Source of the DNA: Candidatus Dojkabacteria bacterium
Lineage (GTDB): Bacteria > Patescibacteriota > Dojkabacteria > SC72
NCBI GenBank assembly: GCA_035370505.1
Contig: DAOOVU010000002.1
Span: 1 to 53,771 of the forward strand
Reading direction: 5' to 3'
DNA length: 53,771 nt
Position numbers and translations under genes: made by a program. The notes beneath the pieces were generated by a model, which worked only from the letters and a program-made list of their open reading frames with translations, did not search any database and had not been told where the DNA came from. Below, one piece after another: positions 27,214 through 34,883 of the stretch; position 1 is the first letter of the stretch, and each line of letters starts with the position of its first letter.

Positions 27214-28739
27214 ATTCTCTCTATCAAAGAATTTCCTGTCATTTCAGCAGGTTTAACAATTCCCATTATGCTCAAAATTGTAGGTGCAATATCGGATAGT
27301 GTTCCATATGGAAGATGACGCACAGATATTCCAGTGCCAGCAACTATGAGAGGCACTGGATTTAATGAATGCTCCGTATCTATTTGATTCGTTGTTAGAT
27401 TTATCATTTCTTCAACATTCCCATGATCAGCAGTTATTAACACTGCCCCTCCTCTCAATGTGAATTCTCTAGTTAGAACCCGAACACATTCGTCAACAAC
27501 TTTAACGGATTGTATACCAGCACGCAGATTTCCTGTATGTCCAACCATATCCGTATTTGCAAAATTTACCAGTATAAAATCATAAATATTTTGTGGAAGA
27601 TACTTGAGAATTGCCTGTGTAACTTCAAAAGCACTCATTTCTGGTTTCATATCGTAAGTGGGAACTCTTGGTGAAGGTATATGAATTGCATCTTCTTTCT
27701 CATAAACGATAGGAAGTCCACCATTGAAGAAATATGTTACATGTGGGAACTTCTCAGTTTCTGCTATCCTTAGCTGACTTAATCCTACTGTTTCAATTAT
27801 TTTTCCTAAAGGCAAATTGATGTACTGCTTTGGAAAAATTACCTTTGGTGGGAAGTTCTTTCTGTATTCAACCATGGAGGCTATAAATAGATTTGGAATT
27901 TTGTTTACGGTGAATTCTTTGAAATTTTCTGACAAAAAGGCCTCAGCAAGTTGGATCATTCTGTCAGGTCTGTAATTAAGAAATATGACAACATCGTTTG
28001 CTTGAATTTTGCTTGGATTGATAACGGCTGGTTCTAAAAATTCATCAGTGAGTCCTTGAGAATAATAGGTTTGTACTGCTTCTTGGTATGTTCTAAACTG
28101 TTGACCTACATTTTGTGTGAGCAAATAATACGTTCTTTGTGTTCTGTCCCACTTTTCATTTCTATCCATTGCATAATATCTCCCGACAATGGTGCCTATT
28201 TCTCCTATCCCTCTTTCTAAACAAAATCTATCTATTTCTGTAAGGTATGTTAATGAAGTGTCTACTGGAGTATCCCTTCCATCAGTAAATGCGTGTATGT
28301 AAAGTTTATTCGCAAAATTTGCCTTAGCAAAATAGTCTATTACTGCCTTAAAATGGTCGATATGTGAGTGTACAGCTCCATCACTTAAAAGTCCTACAAG
28401 GTGTATATTACTGTTGAATTTTGTTGCATGGATGAATGCATCTCGTAGAGTGCTGTTTTTGTAAATTTGTCCTTTTTGTATTGCTGAATTTATTCTTGGG
28501 AGACTTTGGCTTACAACTCTTCCCGCTCCCATGTTTAAATGTCCTACTTCACTATTTCCTTTTACATTTTTTGGTAGACCTACAGCTTCTCCAGAAGCTA
28601 ATAGATATGTATGTGGAGATACATTCCAAAATGTTGAAAGATTTTGTGGGTCGGCTAACACAACGGCATTTCCGCTAGATTTCGGAGCTGCACCAAGACC
28701 ATCAAGAATTATAAGCATAACCTTTTGTTTTGCATTCAT
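27210..28739 (-). CDS. gpmI: 2,3-bisphosphoglycerate-independent phosphoglycerate mutase
   Basis: ILDGLG, GNSEVGHLNMGAGR (catalytic Ser), FTDGRDT and ITADHGN. 509 aa. Confidence 0.95.
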   Translation of the reverse strand: MNAKQKVMLIILDGLGAAPKSSGNAVVLADPQNLSTFWNVSPHTYLLASGEAVGLPKNVKGNSEVGHLNMGAGRVVSQSLPRINSAIQKGQIYKNSTLRDAFIHATKFNSNIHLVGLLSDGAVHSHIDHFKAVIDYFAKANFANKLYIHAFTDGRDTPVDTSLTYLTEIDRFCLERGIGEIGTIVGRYYAMDRNEKWDRTQRTYYLLTQNVGQQFRTYQEAVQTYYSQGLTDEFLEPAVINPSKIQANDVVIFLNYRPDRMIQLAEAFLSENFKEFTVNKIPNLFIASMVEYRKNFPPKVIFPKQYINLPLGKIIETVGLSQLRIAETEKFPHVTYFFNGGLPIVYEKEDAIHIPSPRVPTYDMKPEMSAFEVTQAILKYLPQNIYDFILVNFANTDMVGHTGNLRAGIQSVKVVDECVRVLTREFTLRGGAVLITADHGNVEEMINLTTNQIDTEHSLNPVPLIVAGTGISVRHLPYGTLSDIAPTILSIMGIVKPAEMTGNSLIERI

Positions 28740-28840
28740 AGGCAGTATTTTGGTATATGACTGATATATATTGTGGCATATTTTTGTAATTTATTCTATA
28801 ATCACAGCTGTTAGCAAAATTAATGTAAAAAATAGTTATT

Positions 28841-29278
28841 ATGGATACAGATATTATTAAAAAAATAGAGGAAGAGAATTACAAAAAAAGACCTGATGTG
28901 AGGGTTGGAGATTATGTTAAATTGCACATTAAAATTACAGAAGGTAAGAAAGAAAGGGTACAGCAGTTTAAGGGAATCGTTATTGCTGTAAAAGGTAGTG
29001 GGTTGAATAAGAATATTGTAGTAAGGAAAATATCCTATGGAATAGGTGTTGAAAAGGTAGTTCCACTGTATTCTCCAGTAGTTGATAAGATAGAAATAAT
29101 AAAAAGAGGATCTGTAAGAAAATCAAAATTATTCTATCTTAGGAAAAGAGTTGGAAGAAAAGCTATGAAAATAGATAAAGTAAAGGATATATTTTTGACC
29201 GATGAAGTTGTTGTCCCAGAAGAAGGGAATAATAATATTGAGGAAGCTCAAGTTTCTGTAGAAGAGACGGCTGCCTAG
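28841..29278 (+). CDS. rplS: 50S ribosomal protein L19 (with ~30-aa acidic C-terminal extension)
   Basis: RPDVRVGDYVKLHIKITEGKKERVQQFKGIVIAVKG...RKISYGIGVEKVVPLYSP..IEIIKRG.VRKSKLFYLR. Confidence 0.93.
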   Translation: MDTDIIKKIEEENYKKRPDVRVGDYVKLHIKITEGKKERVQQFKGIVIAVKGSGLNKNIVVRKISYGIGVEKVVPLYSPVVDKIEIIKRGSVRKSKLFYLRKRVGRKAMKIDKVKDIFLTDEVVVPEEGNNNIEEAQVSVEETAA

Positions 29279-29286
29279 TAGCTCTT

Positions 29287-29359
29287 GCGGGGGTAGTTCA
29301 ATGGTTAGAATGTCTGTTTTCCAAACAGAGGGTTGCGGGTTCGAGCCCCGTCCCCCGCT
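29287..29359 (+). tRNA. tRNA-Gly (anticodon TCC), no encoded CCA
   Basis: GCGGGGG-TA-GTTC-AATGGTTA-GAAT-G-TCTGT-TTTCCAA-ACAGA-GGGTT-GCGGG-TTCGAGC-CCCGT-CCCCCGC-T. Confidence 0.93.
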
Positions 29360-29410
29360 TTTTATCCTTAGCTATTCTACTTATCCACAATTTGTAATAT
29401 AATCAGAGGC

Positions 29411-29944
29411 ATGAAAGATGCTGATGTATCAATATCTAAGAATGTACACACAAGTCAAGGGAAACTTTTTTCTGAAAACAGTGAAAAAACCGATAGTATA
29501 GAAAAAGTTTTTGATTTAGTACTTGGGAGGAAACCGACATCACACGAGAAAGCGTATTACAAATATAATGATATTCCACTAGATGAAATTGAGAGAACCC
29601 TTCTAATAGGAAAGGAGCATAATGAGCTAATAAAGGGAGGACGTATGTACTGTGAATTGGAAAAAGAGGTAGGTGTATTTAAAAGCACAATATTAAAATT
29701 ACAATCTTCTGTTGAGGATAAAAGTAAAGAGATCTCTGAATTGACAAAACTTCTTAATGAAAAGAATCAGCTAATAGTGCAATTAAGGGAATTGAAAGAT
29801 GCTCCATATGTTACTGAAAAATTTTCAACTAGTATAGAATCTGGAACTTCGAAAATAACAACAAGTAATGAATATAAAAAAATCAAAAATGGAAAGAATT
29901 CTCTTTGGGATAAAATTTTAGATATTTTTTTTGGTAGAAACTAA
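29411..29944 (+). CDS. Hypothetical protein, DUF4214-like segment plus coiled coil
   Basis: VFDLVLGRKPTSHEKAYYKYNDIPLDEIERTLLIGKEHNELI resembles the DUF4214 repeat pattern. Residues ~85-130 are heptad-like. Confidence 0.4.
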   Translation: MKDADVSISKNVHTSQGKLFSENSEKTDSIEKVFDLVLGRKPTSHEKAYYKYNDIPLDEIERTLLIGKEHNELIKGGRMYCELEKEVGVFKSTILKLQSSVEDKSKEISELTKLLNEKNQLIVQLRELKDAPYVTEKFSTSIESGTSKITTSNEYKKIKNGKNSLWDKILDIFFGRN

Positions 29945-30147
29945 TGACTACAAAGATTTTTGCTGAAAGATTAAAAACTGCAAGAAAGGAAGCGGGGTAT
30001 TCTCAAAGGTATTTGGGGATGAGAGTAGGCTTATCAGATAAATCTATAAGCATATATGAGAGGGGTGATATGTATCCTCCAATAACTAACTTGCTTAAAA
30101 TTGCGAAGGAATTAAACAAGGATATTTCTTATTTTCTTAAGGATTAG
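29944..30147 (+). CDS. XRE-family helix-turn-helix transcriptional regulator (67 aa)
   Basis: FAERLKTARKEAGYSQRYLGMRVGLSDKSISIYERGDMYPPITNLLKIAKELN is a canonical HTH_3/Cro-C1 domain. The ATG overlaps the upstream stop (TAATG). Confidence 0.88.
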   Translation: MTTKIFAERLKTARKEAGYSQRYLGMRVGLSDKSISIYERGDMYPPITNLLKIAKELNKDISYFLKD

Positions 30148-30818
30148 TAAGGGGGAGTAAACCATTCCTTTATTTTAGGCATGAACTTTTTAATTAATTT
30201 CGCTATTCCAAAACAGGCTGCTATTATTGCTAACACTAGAATAATATATTTTACTACAGACATCACTTTGTATCGTGTACTAGAAGGTTGTAACACTAAT
30301 GATTCATCAAAAGTTAATGTATCATTAATAGTGTTTGCATAGTTTGTATCATGTTGCCAAGATATTACTGATGCAGTTATTTCATATGTACCTTCTCTTA
30401 ATGGCTTAATATTTGCTTTTACTGTATATGTTTTACCCTCTTGCATAGATATGAACTCCTTATGTTTTGGGGTTACTGAAAGAGTTGTGGGTACATACCA
30501 TAGAATTTGTGTCTTACTAGAATCTAAATGTGGAGTTATTTGTAATTCATAAGGAACATACCCGAATATTGCGGATTGGCTTTTTCTTATTAGCAGAAGA
30601 TCAAAAAATTTTGTAGTAACTTTAGTTTGGTTTTCATCTATTCTGGTTACTTGTTTATCTGTATTTGAAACCGTAGTTGGGGTTGTCTCTGTTGTTTCTG
30701 TAACATTGGTCTCTTCTTTAGTATTTGTTTCGGTAGGGTAACCATCTGCAGATGATATACGAGAGGAACTGAGGATTAATGTAGTAGATAACAATAGTAA
30801 AAGTATTTTCTTTTTCAT
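30144..30818 (-). CDS. Surface-anchored hypothetical protein (signal peptide, Thr/Glu-rich linker, beta-rich domain, C-terminal TM)
   Basis: Signal peptide MKKKILLLLLSTTLILSSSRISSA, a T/E/N-rich stretch, then alternating beta-strand-like sequence (KTYTVKANIKPLREGTYEITASV). C-terminal helix YIILVLAIIAACFGIA. Confidence 0.5.
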   Translation of the reverse strand: MKKKILLLLLSTTLILSSSRISSADGYPTETNTKEETNVTETTETTPTTVSNTDKQVTRIDENQTKVTTKFFDLLLIRKSQSAIFGYVPYELQITPHLDSSKTQILWYVPTTLSVTPKHKEFISMQEGKTYTVKANIKPLREGTYEITASVISWQHDTNYANTINDTLTFDESLVLQPSSTRYKVMSVVKYIILVLAIIAACFGIAKLIKKFMPKIKEWFTPPY

Positions 30819-31231
30819 TTGATTATTTTAATAATACTTAATTTATATGTATTATATACCTTCCTTGCTTCTTCTTGTGGAATATCATAATCATTGTGTA
30901 CTATATTATTCCTTATTTTATGTACTTCCCAAATGTCATTGTATTCCTTTTTCTTAAAAATATTTTTAGCTTTCTTTAGGTTATCACCACAAGGAAGAGA
31001 GTTATTATAGTAGTATTGTAGTGATTTTGCTAGAAGATTGTCTAATTTAATCACGGCATCTCGTCTAACAGAGCTTTCATTGCTCATTATATCCATTTGT
31101 AGATCATTTAATTTCGTGAGTATCTGTTTGGCTTTTGCCTTACTTATAGTTTTTTGGTTTAGATAGACCACCACAAAAAGTATGGCAATTAGAATCAGTA
31201 TTAGAATTGTTAAAATCAATGTTGTTTCCAT
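30815..31231 (-). CDS. Membrane-tethered HEPN-like (DUF4145-like) protein
   Basis: N-terminal TM helix LILTILILILIAILFVVVYL is followed by basic residues, so the C-terminal domain is predicted cytoplasmic. The helical domain ends in WEVHKIRNNIVHND, a HEPN R-x4-H motif in the RN...H form typical of DUF4145. Confidence 0.5.
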   Translation of the reverse strand: METTLILTILILILIAILFVVVYLNQKTISKAKAKQILTKLNDLQMDIMSNESSVRRDAVIKLDNLLAKSLQYYYNNSLPCGDNLKKAKNIFKKKEYNDIWEVHKIRNNIVHNDYDIPQEEARKVYNTYKLSIIKIIK

Positions 31232-33123
31232 GGCTTTTTCACTATTATTCTATTAAATAATAAGTATAGCAAAAGAATCACTAATGCAAAAATAGTTATG
31301 GATATAACTTTTCCTAATATTTTTATTGGAATAGGGATAGTAGAGGGTATAGTCGTTTTTATTTGTTCTGAGTAGGTTATCCCACTTGGGTTTGTATGTG
31401 TAAGGTTTATAAATATATCTGTATGCCCAATTTCGTCTGAAGGTATATTTATTTGTATTGTCCTGCTTTGTTTTGGAAGTAATATTTGTGAAGAGTTTTT
31501 TGCGACTGGGTCTATGTATTTTGAAATATTTGGAATATCTGATTTGTTCAATTGAGTCTCTGTTACAGCAATATTTCCATTGTTAGATGAATATATATAT
31601 CCGACTGCATATTTTTTAGCAATGTTATATTCATCAAATGAAATTTGTGATGTTACATTAAAATTTTTTTGAATTTGGCTATTTGTATCAGAAGCTACAA
31701 CAAAATCATTTTGTGAATAGAAAGTTATAGTTGGACTTAGTGGTGATTGGCCTCTGGTAAGTATTGTGATGTGGTCGTACAATGGGCTTCCAAACAATGA
31801 ATGACCTGTATATTCTTCTAAGAATGGGTCAACTTGTACCCATTGAGATTTGTTGAGGTCGAAATATTCAACCCAGTAATGATAAAATCCATCGGAGGCG
31901 TACCCAGAAATATTAGAAATGTATCCTATTACCATTTTGGCAGGAATTTGCATCTTTCTTAGAAGTGCGATATAGAAGTCTGCATAGTCTTGTGCATTAG
32001 CTTTATTTGGTGTTTTTATAATCGAATTTGCACCTACTCTTGGCGTATTTGAGATTCCAAGCTTAGTATCTTTATCATAATTAAGTCTGTCAATAATGTA
32101 TGTGTATAGATATTTGTAAAAGAGTTGTCTCTGTTCCTCTGTCATCTTTTGAGGATCAGTATTATCATTTATGAATGTTAATCCTTTGTCTAGGAGGTAC
32201 GAAATAAGTCGCTTTTTTTCTGCTTCATCCGTAATTTTCCAATATCCTGTTTCCTTTGTTAGAGAAATATCTGGGTTAAGTTTTTCATTGTTTTCAGCTA
32301 GGTTGATATATCCAGTTATTTTGCAATCAACGGTTTGATTTGATTCAACGATATATTTGAAAGTGTAGTTGCCGTCTTCATCAATAATCGTTGAGTTTGG
32401 GAGAGGTGATATCTCTTCCCAAATAATGTTTTGCTTGTGAGTATCAGGTGGAAGCACAAGTTCAAATGTTTGGGGTTCGCTATTTCCTTGATTTGAGAAC
32501 ACTCTGTTTACAGAGAATTTATAGATGATGCTCTTTCCAAATAGTATTGATATATCAGCATTCTGTGGGTTGCTGATATATATGGAATATTGTGAACCAT
32601 TTAATTTCAAGTCTCCAAATGGATCGGATGTCCATAGCGGCTCTCCCCATTTTTGTGGGTATGTTATTGTTACACCATTTGTTTTAGCGTCGAGAACTTC
32701 AGAGGGAATAGTGTATGAATTTGTGTCTTGGTTCGTTGGGATAGAATATGTGAGTTCTACTTCTATGGGGGAGTCTTTAGATACAACAGAGTTTTGCAAA
32801 TCTATTAATATGTCTGTAACTGATCCTCTGTAGTATTTTGTGCAGTTAGTATCTTTGCCTGTCTTGATAATTTTGCAGTGAACATCTAGGTTTTTAATTG
32901 GAATAGAAGCAGTATAAAAAGATACTACTTGAGTATTTTCACTTCTAATTTGAAGTACTGCCTGTGTATTTATGGTAGTTTCGGATATTACATGTGAGAA
33001 GTTTGTGTATATATTGAAATCTTGTTGTGCTTGCGCTGGATATTTTTTAAATAAAAAGAGGAGGAATACTGTAAAGCTAAAGAGTAACAGAATTTTCTTT
33101 AAACAGCCAGTCAAATTTTTCAT
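31216..33123 (-). CDS. Large secreted/anchored transglutaminase-like domain protein (catalytic Cys absent)
   Basis: Signal/anchor KKILLLFSFTVFLLFLF. Transglutaminase core pattern NAQDYADFYIALLRKMQIPAKMVIGY...GFYHYWVEYFDLNKSQWVQVDP, with Tyr where the nucleophilic Cys is expected. C-terminal TM ISITIFALVILLLYLLF. Confidence 0.65.
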   Translation of the reverse strand: MKNLTGCLKKILLLFSFTVFLLFLFKKYPAQAQQDFNIYTNFSHVISETTINTQAVLQIRSENTQVVSFYTASIPIKNLDVHCKIIKTGKDTNCTKYYRGSVTDILIDLQNSVVSKDSPIEVELTYSIPTNQDTNSYTIPSEVLDAKTNGVTITYPQKWGEPLWTSDPFGDLKLNGSQYSIYISNPQNADISILFGKSIIYKFSVNRVFSNQGNSEPQTFELVLPPDTHKQNIIWEEISPLPNSTIIDEDGNYTFKYIVESNQTVDCKITGYINLAENNEKLNPDISLTKETGYWKITDEAEKKRLISYLLDKGLTFINDNTDPQKMTEEQRQLFYKYLYTYIIDRLNYDKDTKLGISNTPRVGANSIIKTPNKANAQDYADFYIALLRKMQIPAKMVIGYISNISGYASDGFYHYWVEYFDLNKSQWVQVDPFLEEYTGHSLFGSPLYDHITILTRGQSPLSPTITFYSQNDFVVASDTNSQIQKNFNVTSQISFDEYNIAKKYAVGYIYSSNNGNIAVTETQLNKSDIPNISKYIDPVAKNSSQILLPKQSRTIQINIPSDEIGHTDIFINLTHTNPSGITYSEQIKTTIPSTIPIPIKILGKVISITIFALVILLLYLLFNRIIVKKPWKQH

Positions 33124-33811
33124 ATTTTCTTAAAATTTGTCTTGTAATTGGCGTTTTTGGAGTAATTCCATACTTAGCCGATAATTTATTACAGTCTATC
33201 TTTTCAGGTTCATTAACAATTTTGTAATTAGAGTTCCTGACGATTTCCTGTTTTGCGTTCTTCCTTATGACATAATAAGCCATACCGCTGTCATCATCAA
33301 GAACTATTCTTGATATGGCATGAATTGAAGAGTATTCAGCAAATATTAAAGGAGTATTTTGTCTGGTATTTACAACAGTAAAGTCATATTCAGATGGGAT
33401 TATAATCTTTTGACCTTTTTTTATAGTACTTTTAAGTACCTTATTATCTTTTGGTGATTTGTATTTTTGTATTAAGATAGTGCCTGAGCCATAAAGAATT
33501 TCTATAATCTTAGGATATTTTTTGCATCTCATGGCTTTTGTTTTTACATATTCAATTCCTGCAATATTAGGCCTGAGACAGTATATATTTATTCTCACAT
33601 TTTTGGATTTGAATGTGGAGTTAAGATCAACCCATTTGTATACATCGTAGAAAATCTCTGGACAGTCTAGATCTTGGTTTAATAATTGGCTTCTAATGTC
33701 ATCTATAGTAATGGATACTTTCTCCTTAAAAGTGAAGTCCTTAAAGTAAAGCTGATCATTTTCGTATGTTATTGGTAATCCTGATATACTCTTCAAATCT
33801 ATCTTTGACAT
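33077..33811 (-). CDS. Cupin-fold protein related to archaeal-type glucose-6-phosphate isomerase (cPGI) but lacking the metal ligands
   Basis: GIEYVKTKAMRCKKYPKIIEILYGSGTILIQ and IIIPSEYDFTVVNTRQNTPLIF align by eye to Pyrococcus cPGI (GKEFFFTKGHFHA..AEVYVALKGKGGMLLQ and VYVPPYWAHRTVNIGDEPFIF). Confidence 0.45.
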   Translation of the reverse strand: MSKIDLKSISGLPITYENDQLYFKDFTFKEKVSITIDDIRSQLLNQDLDCPEIFYDVYKWVDLNSTFKSKNVRINIYCLRPNIAGIEYVKTKAMRCKKYPKIIEILYGSGTILIQKYKSPKDNKVLKSTIKKGQKIIIPSEYDFTVVNTRQNTPLIFAEYSSIHAISRIVLDDDSGMAYYVIRKNAKQEIVRNSNYKIVNEPEKIDCNKLSAKYGITPKTPITRQILRKYEKFDWLFKENSVTL

Positions 33812-33832
33812 ACTGTGATTATATCACACTAG

Positions 33833-34123
33833 TTAATCACTATGAGAAAAAGCTTTTAGAATTTGAGAAACAATAGATGCTGCTACAAGATACATGAGTA
33901 ATGAAACTGGTAGAAGCCATGGAATTTGTACTCCGTTTATACTGAACGATGATGATACTATGCCATTAAAGGGTTGTACGACGATATCACTGTATTTATT
34001 TACAAAAGTGGCGAATTGAGTAGTCATATCTGCCTTTATCGCCATTAAGATAATCTTAGCCAAGATAACACCTTGTACAAGCATTAAGCATGTATACACC
34101 AATTGGAGAACTGGTTTTAGCAT
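33833..34123 (-). CDS. YggT/Ycf19-like small membrane protein
   Basis: 96 aa with two TM helices. The intervening FATFVNKYSDIVVQPFNGIV resembles the YggT loop (f..l.epll.P.r..iP). Confidence 0.45.
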   Translation of the reverse strand: MLKPVLQLVYTCLMLVQGVILAKIILMAIKADMTTQFATFVNKYSDIVVQPFNGIVSSSFSINGVQIPWLLPVSLLMYLVAASIVSQILKAFSHSD

Positions 34124-34125
34124 AT

Positions 34126-34845
34126 TTAAAAATCTGACAAATTATTTACATAATATGATAACTCATTCATATAATTATTTACACCGTTTGCCCAAGCATG
34201 ATCTGGACTTTGTCCACACGGAGGGCAGTATGCACTTTCTATTTCAAATGGATCCAAGTCTGTACCGTAACCTTGAGCCATCATTTGTGTGATATGGGAA
34301 ATAGCTTCATCCCATGAAGAGAATACGCTCCACCCAGCATCGTTTCCATTAATTCCTCGCCAGCCCCACGCATTATTTGTATTTGTAGGTATTAGGTTAC
34401 CAAATGCAGATTCAACTCCAGAAATTGATGCAAGAAGTCTCCAATCTAATCCATATTTATCTGCTTCAGTAACAAATGTTTTTGCACTTTTAGCCATTGG
34501 AGAATGGTAATCTTTGAGAAAATTACTCATAGCAACTATTCGTGGGTCAATGGTATAGAATTTGCTTCTAGATATCAAACTAGCATTTTTGGTATCAGAA
34601 GATAGATCATAAGTGCCAGAATAGGTATATACATCATATACTGGTGTTAAGGCATTAATTTGTACGAAGGAGTAATTTCGATAAAGCTGAGAGATATTTT
34701 TAACTATGATAGTTTCAAATCTGGGTGATAAGTATATGGAATATATCCCTATTAGTAAAGCAAAACAAACAACTCTAATAATATTGGATTTAGAAAATTC
34801 AACTCGACGTGGAATATGTTGAATGTGATTTGCAAAATCTGTCAT
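34126..34845 (-). CDS. Membrane-anchored putative lytic transglycosylase/muramidase-like protein
   Basis: N-terminal TM VVCFALLIGIYSIYL. YGLDWRLLASISGVESAFGN resembles the SLT catalytic E-S box. Confidence 0.4.
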   Translation of the reverse strand: MTDFANHIQHIPRRVEFSKSNIIRVVCFALLIGIYSIYLSPRFETIIVKNISQLYRNYSFVQINALTPVYDVYTYSGTYDLSSDTKNASLISRSKFYTIDPRIVAMSNFLKDYHSPMAKSAKTFVTEADKYGLDWRLLASISGVESAFGNLIPTNTNNAWGWRGINGNDAGWSVFSSWDEAISHITQMMAQGYGTDLDPFEIESAYCPPCGQSPDHAWANGVNNYMNELSYYVNNLSDF

Positions 34846-34883
34846 AATGTATTCAGTATATCAAATAGGGGGCAATATTTGCT

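Noticed and set aside
29381-29389. Perfect DnaA-box consensus TTATCCACA, with a TTATCCTTA near-copy at 29362..29370
   Set aside because: A single perfect 9-mer is roughly what chance predicts for a window of this size and composition. There is no cluster of boxes, no dnaA or dnaN, and no AT-rich unwinding element nearby. This is not enough to call an origin.
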